Source of the DNA: Deltaproteobacteria bacterium
GTDB taxonomy: Bacteria > Myxococcota_A > Polyangia > Polyangiales > Houyiibacteriaceae
NCBI GenBank assembly: GCA_034670305.1
Contig: JAXMNT010000032.1
Coordinates: 23,364-87,363 of the forward strand
DNA: 64,000 nt
Direction of reading: 5' to 3'
Below the pieces are notes generated by a model, which was given only the letters and a program-made list of their open reading frames with translations, searched no databases and had not been told where the DNA came from. Positions 48,228 through 57,503 of the stretch are shown here, in pieces (positions within the stretch are counted from its first letter, which is position 1; each line of letters begins with the position of its first letter). Made by a program: the position numbers and the translations under genes.

Positions 48228-48707
48228 GTGACGAACCGTTGTGGGGCCATCGCCCTCCTATCCTTGCTCGCCAGCTGTGGCGGGCTCGACGAACCGATCG
48301 ACCTCCTCTTTCCGAGCGGCGACACCTTCGTGCGCGTGGAGACAGCGCAGATCTTTGTGGTCGAGGTCGGCCCGGACGAGGTCGGCAGCTGCCCGGAGCT
48401 CCTGAGTCAGGCGGAACTCGGCGCCCTGATGAACACCGAGCAGAGCACCGAAGCCCGCCCCGTGTGCGAGTTCGACCGCGGCCTCGTGAACCTTCCGGAC
48501 GTCGCCGAAGGGCTCAAAGCGTACGTCGCGGTCGCCCGGGCCGCCTCCGGCACCGTGTACCTCTCTGGGTGTGCGATCGCGGATGTCTACGCCGACGAGC
48601 CGCTCGTCGTCACGCTGACGCCGACCCAGGCGTACCGCGTCGCGTTCCCGGCCGGAACCGCGCCCCCCAGCTGCACACGCGAGCTCAAATGCGCGGGGGG
48701 TTGCTGA
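48228..48707 (+). CDS. Hypothetical lipoprotein
   Basis: LASC lipobox; several Cys; operonic spacing. Confidence 0.75.
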   Translation: MTNRCGAIALLSLLASCGGLDEPIDLLFPSGDTFVRVETAQIFVVEVGPDEVGSCPELLSQAELGALMNTEQSTEARPVCEFDRGLVNLPDVAEGLKAYVAVARAASGTVYLSGCAIADVYADEPLVVTLTPTQAYRVAFPAGTAPPSCTRELKCAGGC

Positions 48708-49516
48708 TGTCGGGGCGGATGAAACTTCTGGTCGCCGTCCTCTTGGGCACCGCGCTCCCCGCGGGTGCGTCCGCGCAGACCCGCGACATCATCGGGGAAG
48801 CCGAAGAGGCCTACCTGAACGTCGACTTCGACGCGACGCTCGCCCTCGCCGAGGAGGCGCTGGAGTCCGGCCGACTGACCCCGGACCGGGTCGTTCGCGT
48901 CTACGAACTCATCGGGGTCGCGGCCGCCGCGTCTGGCGACGAAGACCGGGCCCGCGATGCCTACAAGAAGATGCTGGCGCTTCAGCCCGACTCGACCGTG
49001 GACACCAACCTCGCGCCCCGGCTGCGCGCACCGTTCATGGAGGCCCGCGGCTTCTGGTCCACGCGGAGCGACACGTTCGCCGCCGAGGTCCGGCTCGTGC
49101 GCCAACAGAGCGGGCTGCGGGTCCTCCTCACGGATCCGATCTCGATGGCGACCGAGATCCGGGTGCTCACGCGCGTCGAAGGCGAGATGACCCCGATGCA
49201 CGAGACCCGGGTGCCTCCGAGCGCGAGCGCGCTCATCGAAGTGCCTGGGCTGCCCGACGCCGACCGCATCGAGTACGTGGTGCAGGTCCTCGACGCGAAC
49301 GGCAACCGGCTCTTCGATCTGGGGACCGAAGACGAGCCGAACGTGGTGGGACGCGACCCGCGCCCGATCGTGGTCGGTGGCGGTGACCGCCGAATTCCGG
49401 TCTGGGTGTGGGCCGTGGTCGGCGGCGTCATCGCCGCGGCGGCCGTGGGCGTCGGCCTCTATTTCGGGCTCCGGCACGAGCCGATCACGCTGCAGTCCGG
49501 CATCCGCTTCGAGTAG
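48707..49516 (+). CDS. Exported TPR-like protein with a C-terminal TM helix
   Basis: TGATG overlap; signal peptide; ARDAYKKMLALQPD; WVWAVVGGVIAAAAVGVGLYF. Confidence 0.8.
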   Translation: MSGRMKLLVAVLLGTALPAGASAQTRDIIGEAEEAYLNVDFDATLALAEEALESGRLTPDRVVRVYELIGVAAAASGDEDRARDAYKKMLALQPDSTVDTNLAPRLRAPFMEARGFWSTRSDTFAAEVRLVRQQSGLRVLLTDPISMATEIRVLTRVEGEMTPMHETRVPPSASALIEVPGLPDADRIEYVVQVLDANGNRLFDLGTEDEPNVVGRDPRPIVVGGGDRRIPVWVWAVVGGVIAAAAVGVGLYFGLRHEPITLQSGIRFE

Positions 49517-49647
49517 AAGCGCCGGCTCCGCTGGCGGTCCGATCAACCTGGAATCCCACTTCGAGTTCGCAACGGCGACCTGGGGCTGGGCGGGTTCGAC
49601 CAGGACTCGCATTGCGGCCGGCGGGACGGGGCTGTAAAAACCAAGAG

Positions 49648-50166
49648 ATGGCTGTTCGCCCTATTCTTCACTACCCGGACAAACGACTCCGTGAGCCGGG
49701 CCTGCCCGTGACCGATTTCGGCCCGGAGTTTCAGACCCTCGTCGACGACATGGCGGAGACCATGTACGCCGCGCCGGGTGTCGGCCTCGCCGCGCCCCAG
49801 ATCGGCGTGTCGCTTCGGCTGTTCATCATCGACGTCGCGACGGGCGACGACGAACCGAGCGACCTGCGCGTGTTCGCGAACCCGGAGCTGCTCGAGCTCG
49901 AGGGCGCGACCACGTTCGACGAAGGCTGCCTTTCCTTCCCCGGAGCCCGGGAAGAGATCGACCGCGCCGAGACCGTCAAAGTCCGCGCACGCGACCGGGA
50001 TGGAAAAGAGTTCGAGCTCGAGACGGATGGCCTGTTGGCGATCGCGATCCAGCACGAGAACGACCACCTCGACGGCAAGCTGATGATCGACAAACTCGGC
50101 GTGCTTCGGCGGCGACTGCTCCACCGCCAGATGTCGAAACGCGCCGCCGCCGACGCCCGCCCGTAG
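49648..50166 (+). CDS. def: Peptide deformylase
   Basis: GVGLAAPQ, EGCLS, QHENDH. Confidence 0.98.
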   Translation: MAVRPILHYPDKRLREPGLPVTDFGPEFQTLVDDMAETMYAAPGVGLAAPQIGVSLRLFIIDVATGDDEPSDLRVFANPELLELEGATTFDEGCLSFPGAREEIDRAETVKVRARDRDGKEFELETDGLLAIAIQHENDHLDGKLMIDKLGVLRRRLLHRQMSKRAAADARP

Positions 50167-50219
50167 CGGCCACGCAGAAGCGACTGGCGCCGGCCGCGTT
50201 GCTCCCCAATGGTGGTGCG

Positions 50220-51167
50220 ATGCGAGCAGTGTTCTTCGGGAGCCCCGATTTCGCGGTGCCGTCCCTCGATGCGTTGACCGACATCGCGGAGGTCTGTGCG
50301 GTTGTCTGTCAGCCCGACAAGCCGGCCGGCCGCGGCCTGACGATGCGTCCGCCCGCGGTGAAGGTCCGGGCGGAAGCGCTGGGTCTGCCGGTTTGGCAAC
50401 CGACGAAGATGCGCACCGGCGACCTCGCGGAGCGACTTCGCGCACTCGAGGCGGACGTCGGGGTGGTGGTGGCGTACGGCCGGATCCTCCCACGCGCGGT
50501 GCTCGATGCGCCGAAGCACGGATGCGTGAACGTGCATGCGTCGCTCTTGCCGCGCTGGCGCGGCGCGTCCCCGATCCAGCACGCGATCCTGGCCGGTGAC
50601 GCGGAGACCGGCGTGACGCTGATGCAGATGGACGAGGGCATGGACACCGGGCCGATGCTCGCGGAGGTCCGCACGCCGATCGAACCCGAGGAGACGGGCG
50701 GCGCGCTCTTCGAACGACTCGCCCCGATGGGCGCCGCGCTGCTTCGCGCCGAGCTCGCCGGATACGTCGCCGGCGACCTCACGCCGAAGCCCCAGCCCAC
50801 CGAAGGCGTCACCATGGCCTCGCTCCTCTCGAAGTCCGATGGCGCCATTCGGTGGTCCGAGACCGCGACGCAGGTGCACGACCGGGTGCGCGCGATGTCG
50901 CCGTGGCCGGGCGCCTTCACTGCGCTCGGCGGAGAGCGGTTGAAAGTGCACCGGGTGTCGGTGCTCGAGGCGGCCGGCTCGATCGGTGGGCCGGGCGAAG
51001 TGCTCGACCGACCGGGCCTCGCGGTCGCGTGCGGGACGGGGGCCGTCTCGATCGAAGAGGTTCAGGAAGCGGGCCGCAAGCGGCAGCCTGCGACGACCTA
51101 CATGGGTGGCCGCGGTCGCGATCGGCTCGCCCCCGGCACACAGTTCGATACGGAGCCAGCGCAATGA
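50220..51167 (+). CDS. fmt: Methionyl-tRNA formyltransferase
   Basis: FFGSPDFA, QPDKPAGRG, NVHASLLPRWRGASPI; follows def. Confidence 0.98.
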   Translation: MRAVFFGSPDFAVPSLDALTDIAEVCAVVCQPDKPAGRGLTMRPPAVKVRAEALGLPVWQPTKMRTGDLAERLRALEADVGVVVAYGRILPRAVLDAPKHGCVNVHASLLPRWRGASPIQHAILAGDAETGVTLMQMDEGMDTGPMLAEVRTPIEPEETGGALFERLAPMGAALLRAELAGYVAGDLTPKPQPTEGVTMASLLSKSDGAIRWSETATQVHDRVRAMSPWPGAFTALGGERLKVHRVSVLEAAGSIGGPGEVLDRPGLAVACGTGAVSIEEVQEAGRKRQPATTYMGGRGRDRLAPGTQFDTEPAQ

Positions 51168-51724
51168 AGATCTACACGAAGACCGGCGACCAGGGAGAGA
51201 CGGGTCTCTTCGGGGGCACCCGGGTGAGCAAGGCGAGTGCGCGGGTCGATGCGTACGGACAGGTCGATGAGCTGAACTCGGTGCTCGGATTCGTCCGTGC
51301 CGTCGAGGGGTTGCCCGCTTCGATCGAGGCGACGCTCACCCGCGTGCAGAGCGATCTCTTCGACGTCGGTGCCGAGCTCTGTTCGACGCCCGAGCGCGCC
51401 GCCAAGGGCGACCTGCCCTTGATCGACGACGCGTCGATCACACGGCTCGAGCAGGCCATCGACGCCGCCGAAGAACCGCTGCAGCCACTCAAGACCTTCG
51501 TGCTCCCGGGCGGATGCGAGGCGGCCGCGCGGCTGCACATAGCGCGCACGACCTGTCGGCGGGCCGAACGCGCGGTCGTGGATCTCGCCTCGCGCGAACC
51601 GGTGCGGCCGCTGGCCATCCAGTACCTCAACCGGCTGAGCGATCTGCTCTTCGTGTTCGCGCGGCTCGCCAACCACGAAGCGGGCATCGCCGATGTGCCC
51701 TGGGTCGGACGCAGCTCGGACTGA
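51164..51724 (+). CDS. PduO-type ATP:cob(I)alamin adenosyltransferase
   Basis: MKIYTKTGDQGET, YG.VDELNS, FVLPGG, RRAER, YLNRLSD. Confidence 0.96.
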   Translation: MKIYTKTGDQGETGLFGGTRVSKASARVDAYGQVDELNSVLGFVRAVEGLPASIEATLTRVQSDLFDVGAELCSTPERAAKGDLPLIDDASITRLEQAIDAAEEPLQPLKTFVLPGGCEAAARLHIARTTCRRAERAVVDLASREPVRPLAIQYLNRLSDLLFVFARLANHEAGIADVPWVGRSSD

Positions 51725-51734
51725 GGTTCGCCAG

Positions 51735-54188
51735 CTAGCGGTCGAGGCCGGCGGCGTAGGCTTCGCGCCAGGGTGCGTGGCTGAGCACATCGAACGCTTC
51801 GTCGAGCGCGAGCAGGACGTCCTGCACCACACCCTCGAGTTCGCTGAGACCCAGGCCGTCCAGATCGAGCCCCGCGAGTTCGTTGGCCAGGCGGCGGTGC
51901 GCGGACACGATCTCCCGGTCGGACGCGTTGCGGCGCACCTCGAGGATCTCGAAGTAACTTCCGTCCCGGCACCGGGCGTGGAGTCGAAGCACGCGGTCGC
52001 GCAGACCCGAGACCGAGACGTCGCCGGTCGTGCGCTGCGCTCCGAACCGGATCGCATCCCCCGAGGCCAGCGCGAAGAGCAGACCCGCGCTGCCCGCGAC
52101 CGCCGGCAATCCGGAGAGCAGTTCTCCAATGGCGCGGTCACTGCACCGATCGAACGCCGCGTAGATCTCTGGTTCCAAGCGGAGGATGGCCGCGCGCTCG
52201 TCGAACGAGGTCGCCAGCACGAGCTTCTGATCGGCGTCTGCGTCGAGCCAGCGAAGGGCGCGCGACAGATCGAGTTTTCGGCGACAGACCTCCGCCGCGA
52301 TGGTCACCAGCGGTGGAGAGACCGGCGCACCGATCACCTCGTCCCCCTCGGCGCTGGGCGAGCGGATCATGAACTGCGCTTCCGACGCGAGGACCGCTGC
52401 GCCGACGATCGACTCCGTGGCTTCGCGGCGCAGTCGATCCCGTTCGAAGGCGTCGATCTGCCCGCGCCGCACGAGCGTCTCGACGAACTCGCGCGCGTCG
52501 TCTTCGTTCTCGGGAGTCCGTGTCACCCGCCCCAACCCGCGCAGTCGCTCGGCCACCTGCTGGTTCACCGGACCGGCGAGCCGCACCAAGCGCCGCCCTT
52601 CGAGTCCGAAGAGCACCGAGCCGAGCTCCGGAAGGTCCAGCCTCAGATCGGCCGGCCGGTCGTCGTCGTGCACCTGCCAGAGCACGCGAAGCACCCCACC
52701 CGCCGGCAACATGCCTTCGCGCGTCAGGTCGGAACGAACGGTGGACGACGGGGGCCGCGACGCACGCGCGGCCACGCCCTCGGCGATGGTGTGCGGGGTG
52801 TGATCGACTTCGACCACCGAGTGCACGGAGACTTCGGAGCCGGCCGAGCTCCCTGGGCCGGTGGACTCGAGCAACAGATCGAGCGCGCCGACGAAGGTGA
52901 ACGCCTCGAGCGGATCCGGCTCGGGCAACTCGAGCGGCATCGAGACATCGGCGATGAGATCGTCCGGAACGAGGTCGTCGACGTCCTCGTCCCCGCCCGG
53001 GAGCCTGAGATCCAGCGCCGGCTCATTCGCGAAGAGGCGCCGGTCGGCGTCCCGGAGCAGCGTGACGAGGTGCGGGGAGAGCTGCGCACTCATCCCGGTC
53101 GTCGCGTCGGCCCGCGGTTCCTGCGAGTTGTCCGACTCGGCATCTCGAGGGGGCGGCACGGACGACGGTGCCGCCTCGACCACGGACGGCTCGACGGGTT
53201 CCGGTGCGTCGGACGCGGAGAGCGCGACGGTCGGTTCACGCGGCACGTAGTCGTTGGCCGGCGGCGTCGCAGACCCCGGCGCGTCCTCGAGGTCCGCGAT
53301 GTGCTCGTCCGCGCTCGGGTCTTCGGCGGGCCCATCCTCCGCGCCCGCGTCCTCCGCGCCCGCGTCCTCCGCGCCCGCGTCCTCCGCGCCCGCGTCCTCC
53401 GCGCCCGCGTCCTCCGCGCCCGCGTCCTCCGCGCCCGCGTCCTCCGCGCCCGCGTCGTCCGCGCTCTGCTCGACGGGCGGCGGCGTGGACGCGGGCAGAA
53501 CGACCGAAGCATCGTTCGCGTCCGGCGCGTCCTGAGGATCGAACATCGGCGGTTCGGCCTGATCCGCAGGGGGTGGCTCGGAACTCGAGGTGTCCGTCGG
53601 CGGAGGCACGACCCGGAGCGAGGGACGGATCGACGTGGAGGGAATCGGTTCGGCGTCGTCGGGACCCGAGGGTCCGCTCTTCACCGCGCGCGGTCCGGGA
53701 GGAGGTTCGCTCGAGGGCCGCGCCGACGGCAGGGTCGCCCCGGCAAGCAGCGTCTGCACTTTGCGGACGAGTCGTGCGATCGCGACCGGGCGCGGAAAGA
53801 ACGCCACGAGCCGCAGCCGGGCGATGGTCTCCGCATCGAGATCGTCCCAGCCCACCGCGATGGTCGGCACCGCGAGCTGCGTGACCTTGTCCTCGAAGTC
53901 CTCGACCGAGGTGTCCAGGATCAGGAGCGCCGGCAGCAGCTCGTCTTCGGTCTCGCCGTCGAACGGACTCGCCTGGTCCAGCGTGGCCGGTCCTTCCAGG
54001 TCCGATCCCGAAGCGGAGTCGAGGATCTCCGAGTGATCGACCGTCGAACGCACCCGATGAATCGCGGACCCTTCCGGCGCGCTCGGCGCCGTGTCCCGCA
54101 CCGAAACACCCGCGTCGCGGAGCGCGCGGGCGATCCAGCCCCCCTCGGCGCCGGGGACGTGTACGTCCACGCGAGAAAGGGCATCCAT
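51735..54188 (-). CDS. Multidomain protein: degenerate receiver-like N-terminus, acidic linker, C-terminal J-like domain
   Basis: 817-aa ORF; YFEILEV...AS..EI..AHRRL...EAFDVLS...R.AY; (AEDAG)n linker. Confidence 0.75.
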   Translation of the reverse strand: MDALSRVDVHVPGAEGGWIARALRDAGVSVRDTAPSAPEGSAIHRVRSTVDHSEILDSASGSDLEGPATLDQASPFDGETEDELLPALLILDTSVEDFEDKVTQLAVPTIAVGWDDLDAETIARLRLVAFFPRPVAIARLVRKVQTLLAGATLPSARPSSEPPPGPRAVKSGPSGPDDAEPIPSTSIRPSLRVVPPPTDTSSSEPPPADQAEPPMFDPQDAPDANDASVVLPASTPPPVEQSADDAGAEDAGAEDAGAEDAGAEDAGAEDAGAEDAGAEDAGAEDGPAEDPSADEHIADLEDAPGSATPPANDYVPREPTVALSASDAPEPVEPSVVEAAPSSVPPPRDAESDNSQEPRADATTGMSAQLSPHLVTLLRDADRRLFANEPALDLRLPGGDEDVDDLVPDDLIADVSMPLELPEPDPLEAFTFVGALDLLLESTGPGSSAGSEVSVHSVVEVDHTPHTIAEGVAARASRPPSSTVRSDLTREGMLPAGGVLRVLWQVHDDDRPADLRLDLPELGSVLFGLEGRRLVRLAGPVNQQVAERLRGLGRVTRTPENEDDAREFVETLVRRGQIDAFERDRLRREATESIVGAAVLASEAQFMIRSPSAEGDEVIGAPVSPPLVTIAAEVCRRKLDLSRALRWLDADADQKLVLATSFDERAAILRLEPEIYAAFDRCSDRAIGELLSGLPAVAGSAGLLFALASGDAIRFGAQRTTGDVSVSGLRDRVLRLHARCRDGSYFEILEVRRNASDREIVSAHRRLANELAGLDLDGLGLSELEGVVQDVLLALDEAFDVLSHAPWREAYAAGLDR
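53336..53463 (-). repeat. 15-bp in-frame tandem repeat, about 8 copies (AEDAG)
   Basis: CCTCCGCGCCCGCGT units, nearly identical. Confidence 0.95.
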
Positions 54189-54258
54189 GGCGCGGGAGTA
54201 TAGGCAAGATCGCCCCCCACGGCGACGTTTGCTGCGAACTCCGACCCGACGCGGCTAG

Positions 54259-54638
54259 CAGGTCGCTGAAAAGCGACCTGCTCCCTTGCCGTTGCCCTTG
54301 CCCGTGCCCTTGCCCGCGTCGTGGACGCCGTGTGTTTCGCGACGGCGAGGCCGCGAATCGGAGCCCGATGCCCAGCGGACGAAGCCGCCGGGCATCGGTC
54401 GGCTCTGCTTCAGAGCCGTTTCCCAGGGCCCAAGAAAGCCGAAGGCGTCTGGGCCCGCAGGAACCCCGCGAGAGACCCGCAATATCGAACGGGCTCTCGC
54501 CCACCTCGAGCAGGTCGTCGCGATGCTCGTCGCGCTGATCAAGCGATCTGACCGCTGATCCGCGGGCAAGGGCAAAGGCAAGGGCAGGGGCAAGGGGCAG
54601 GCTGCGAGAACGCCCTGCGGGCGTTCTTCAGCAGCCTG
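54259..54638 (+). mobile_element. MITE-like element, copy C (380 bp, both ends intact)
   Basis: CTAG direct repeats at 54255-58 and 54639-42; imperfect TIRs CAGGTCGCTGAA / CAGGCTGCTGAA; keeps the 3' end of the four-helix-bundle gene (IERALAHLEQVVAMLVALIKRSDR*). Confidence 0.92.
54401..54481. mobile_element. Second, left-truncated copy of the 100-bp mini-element
   Basis: Close match to 23147-23230, ending in CA followed by ATATC. Confidence 0.8.
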
Positions 54639-56936
54639 CTAGAGCATCGAGACGGGGTCGATGTCGACGCTGGCTCGGACGCTTCCGAAACCCTCGTCGA
54701 TTCGGGCGGCGATCTTCGCGGCCACGGCGCGGAGGGGCTTCGTTTCGCCTCGGATCAAGAAGCGGTGGCGGAAGCGGGAGCGCAACCGGGCGATGGGGGC
54801 GGGCGCGGGTCCGACGACTCGGATGCGGCCTTCGCCGACGGCGGGGTGGCGGCGGGCGAGGTTGGCGAGGGTCTGGATCGCTTGGCGGGTCTTCTCGTCT
54901 GAGCCACCGTCGGCCCGGACCGCGACGAGCCGGGAGATCGGGGGGTACTCGAGGTCCTGGCGCTCAGCGAGTTCGGCTTCGAAGAAGCGCTCGTAGTCGT
55001 GGGCGGCCGCGGCCTGGATCGCCGGGTGCTCGGGTTGGTACGACTGGAAGAGCACCCGCCCCTTGCGTTCGCCCCGACCGGCGCGGCCGGCGACCTGCGC
55101 CAGGAGCTGGAAGGTGCGCTCGCCGGCCCGAAAGTCGGGGAACGCCAAGGACTGATCGGCTTGGACGACGCCCACAAAGGTCACACCTGGCAGATCGTGG
55201 CCCTTCGCGACCATCTGGGTGCCGACGAGCACGTCGACTTCGCGCCGCCGGAGCCGCCCAAGGATCTCTTCGATGCGCGGGCCGGAGGCGACATCGCGGT
55301 CGAGGCGGGCGACCCGCGCGTCCGGGAAGACTTCACCGAGCGCTTCTTCGAGTTGCTGGGTGCCGAGGCCGCGGGTGAGCAGCTCCGCGGAGCCGCACTT
55401 CTCGCACTGCTCCGGGATGCGGGCGCGGTGGTCGCAGTAGTGACAGCGGAGCGAACCTTCGTGGTCGGCCCCGCCCTTCCGGCGGTGGACTGTGAGCGCG
55501 ACGCTGCAGCCCGGGCACTCCGCCACATGACCACACGCGGTGCAGCGCACACTCGGGGCGAAGCCGCGGCGGTTGAGAAAGAGGATCGCTTGGTCGCCAT
55601 CGCGCAGACAATCGGAGAGGTGGCGGTGCAGGGGGCCGCTGATCAACAGATGCGGCGTCGGGCCTTTGCGGTGTCGGCGGAGATCGATGACCTCGACCTG
55701 GGGGAGCGGGTGGGAGGTCGCGCGCTCGGGCAGCCGCAGCAGCTCGAGCCGTTTCTCGTGTACCGCGCCGTGGTAGGACTCGACGCTCGGGGTGGCGCTC
55801 CCGAGCACGCAGATCGCGCCGGCGCGCGCCGCCCGCAAGAGCGCCATGTCGCGGGCTTGGTAGCGGAACCCGTCCTCTTGTTTGAACGAGCCGTCGTGTT
55901 CTTCGTCGACGACGATCACACCGAGCTCCGGGACCGGGGCGAACAACGCCGAACGTGCGCCGACCGCAAGCCGCAGTTCCCCGCGGCGCAGGCGGCGCCA
56001 CGCTTGGTCGCGCTCTCGGTCCTTGAGGCCGCTGTGCAGCACCGCGATCTCGTCGCCGAAGCGGGCCCGAAAACGGTCGACGAGTTGCGGCGTCAGCGCG
56101 ATCTCGGGCACGAGCAAGAGTGCGCCTTTGCCCCGCGCGCGCGCTTCGTCGATCACGTGCAGGTACACCTCGGTCTTGCCGGATCCGGTCACGCCGTGGA
56201 GCAAGAACCCTTGCGGTGCGTGCGGCGGTGCGTCCGAACCTTGGCGCGCCCGCTCGATCATCCGCTCGACCGCGCGGGCCTGCGCGGGATGCAACGTGGG
56301 CGGCGTGTCGCGCACGACCGCTTTGCCGAAGAAGGGATCGGTCAACACCTCGCGGGTCTCGACCGTGACCAGACCCTTGCCTTCGAGTGCCAGCACGACC
56401 TGCCGCGCCCTTGGACCGATCTGTTGGCGCAGCTCCGAGAGTGAACGTTCTCCGTGCGCGAGCGCGTCCATCGCCGCAGCCTGCGACTTGCCGAGCGTCG
56501 GCCACGGAGGTTCCGCCGCGAGCGTCGCGAACATCTCTTCTTTGGTGCCGATCGCGCGGCCCTTGATCGACTCCTTCTCGTCGAGGAACCCCTTCTCCCG
56601 AAGTCGGCTGAAGGCACCCTTGGGCAGTGCGGGCGCGGCCGCGCGAAGCACCTCGCCGACCGGGTGCAGGTAGTAGCGCCCCGCTTCGATCAAGAAGCGC
56701 AGGAGCTCCGGTCCAAACACCGGCTCCCGCTCGAGCCGACCCGCCACCCGCAAGATGCGCTTCACACCTTCGGGCGCTTTCAACGGATGACCGACGACGA
56801 ACCCCGCGAGCTTGCGTCCGTGGAAGGGCACCGCGATCCGCGCGCCGAGCGGTAGCGCCGGATCGTCCTGAGGGACGCGGTAGGTGAAGGTGCGGCGCAA
56901 CGGCACGGGCAGCGCGACATCGACCAGGTCACTCAT
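54639..56936 (-). CDS. priA: Primosomal protein N' (replication restart helicase)
   Basis: GVTGSGKTEVY, VPEIALTPQ, DEEH, four CxxC pairs, QVAGRAGR. Confidence 0.98.
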   Translation of the reverse strand: MSDLVDVALPVPLRRTFTYRVPQDDPALPLGARIAVPFHGRKLAGFVVGHPLKAPEGVKRILRVAGRLEREPVFGPELLRFLIEAGRYYLHPVGEVLRAAAPALPKGAFSRLREKGFLDEKESIKGRAIGTKEEMFATLAAEPPWPTLGKSQAAAMDALAHGERSLSELRQQIGPRARQVVLALEGKGLVTVETREVLTDPFFGKAVVRDTPPTLHPAQARAVERMIERARQGSDAPPHAPQGFLLHGVTGSGKTEVYLHVIDEARARGKGALLLVPEIALTPQLVDRFRARFGDEIAVLHSGLKDRERDQAWRRLRRGELRLAVGARSALFAPVPELGVIVVDEEHDGSFKQEDGFRYQARDMALLRAARAGAICVLGSATPSVESYHGAVHEKRLELLRLPERATSHPLPQVEVIDLRRHRKGPTPHLLISGPLHRHLSDCLRDGDQAILFLNRRGFAPSVRCTACGHVAECPGCSVALTVHRRKGGADHEGSLRCHYCDHRARIPEQCEKCGSAELLTRGLGTQQLEEALGEVFPDARVARLDRDVASGPRIEEILGRLRRREVDVLVGTQMVAKGHDLPGVTFVGVVQADQSLAFPDFRAGERTFQLLAQVAGRAGRGERKGRVLFQSYQPEHPAIQAAAAHDYERFFEAELAERQDLEYPPISRLVAVRADGGSDEKTRQAIQTLANLARRHPAVGEGRIRVVGPAPAPIARLRSRFRHRFLIRGETKPLRAVAAKIAARIDEGFGSVRASVDIDPVSML

Positions 56937-56985
56937 GGGCAACGCACGCATCCCACGGCCGGGCCGCCGGGTCGAGTGGCGCAGC

Positions 56986-57168
56986 TCACCGAGACGCGGC
57001 CGCGCCGACGCGTCGATGAAGCGACCGCAGCAACGCGTGCGCGGTTGGATCGCCGGGTCGGAGTCGAAGGCAGCCGCGGACGAGCGTCATCGCCATCTCT
57101 GGCCGTTGCATCGCGACACGCTCGGCGAGTTGCAAACACGCGCCCACCGCCTCGTCCGGCACGCTCAC
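56986..57168 (-). CDS. 60-aa TPR-like protein, possibly SctY-like
   Basis: GTG overlaps the upstream TGA (GTGA); AMTLVRGCLRLRPGDPTAHALL resembles a TPR. Confidence 0.5.
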   Translation of the reverse strand: MSVPDEAVGACLQLAERVAMQRPEMAMTLVRGCLRLRPGDPTAHALLRSLHRRVGAAASR

Positions 57169-57503
57169 GCCGCGACCAACGTCCGCCGCATGCGCTCGAC
57201 GTGCGCGCTCAGCTCGAGCAGCCGTTTCGTCTCCGCCATCGCCTCCCGCACCACCGGATCGGAAGAGGTGCACAAACGCTCGGCGGCGACCTCGAGCGCG
57301 AGGCACGCGTGGGGATCCAAGCCGCGCGGCAACGAGGTGCGACGCGCGCCGCGAAGCGATGGGCTTGTTGCGGCCGATCGGACCGTGTCGTGTCCCAACC
57401 GAAGCTCCGCCGCGTCGAGTTCACGCGCGCTGGCCGGCCCGGGTTCGGGCGCCAGGGTCGCCAAGGTCGCCAGAGGGATCCCAGCCGAACGAACGCGGAT
57501 CAT
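57165..57503 (-). CDS. 112-aa protein coupled to sctU, possibly SctX-like
   Basis: ATGA overlap with the sctU stop; amphipathic C-terminal helix RLLELSAHVERMRRTLVAA. Confidence 0.55.
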   Translation of the reverse strand: MIRVRSAGIPLATLATLAPEPGPASARELDAAELRLGHDTVRSAATSPSLRGARRTSLPRGLDPHACLALEVAAERLCTSSDPVVREAMAETKRLLELSAHVERMRRTLVAA

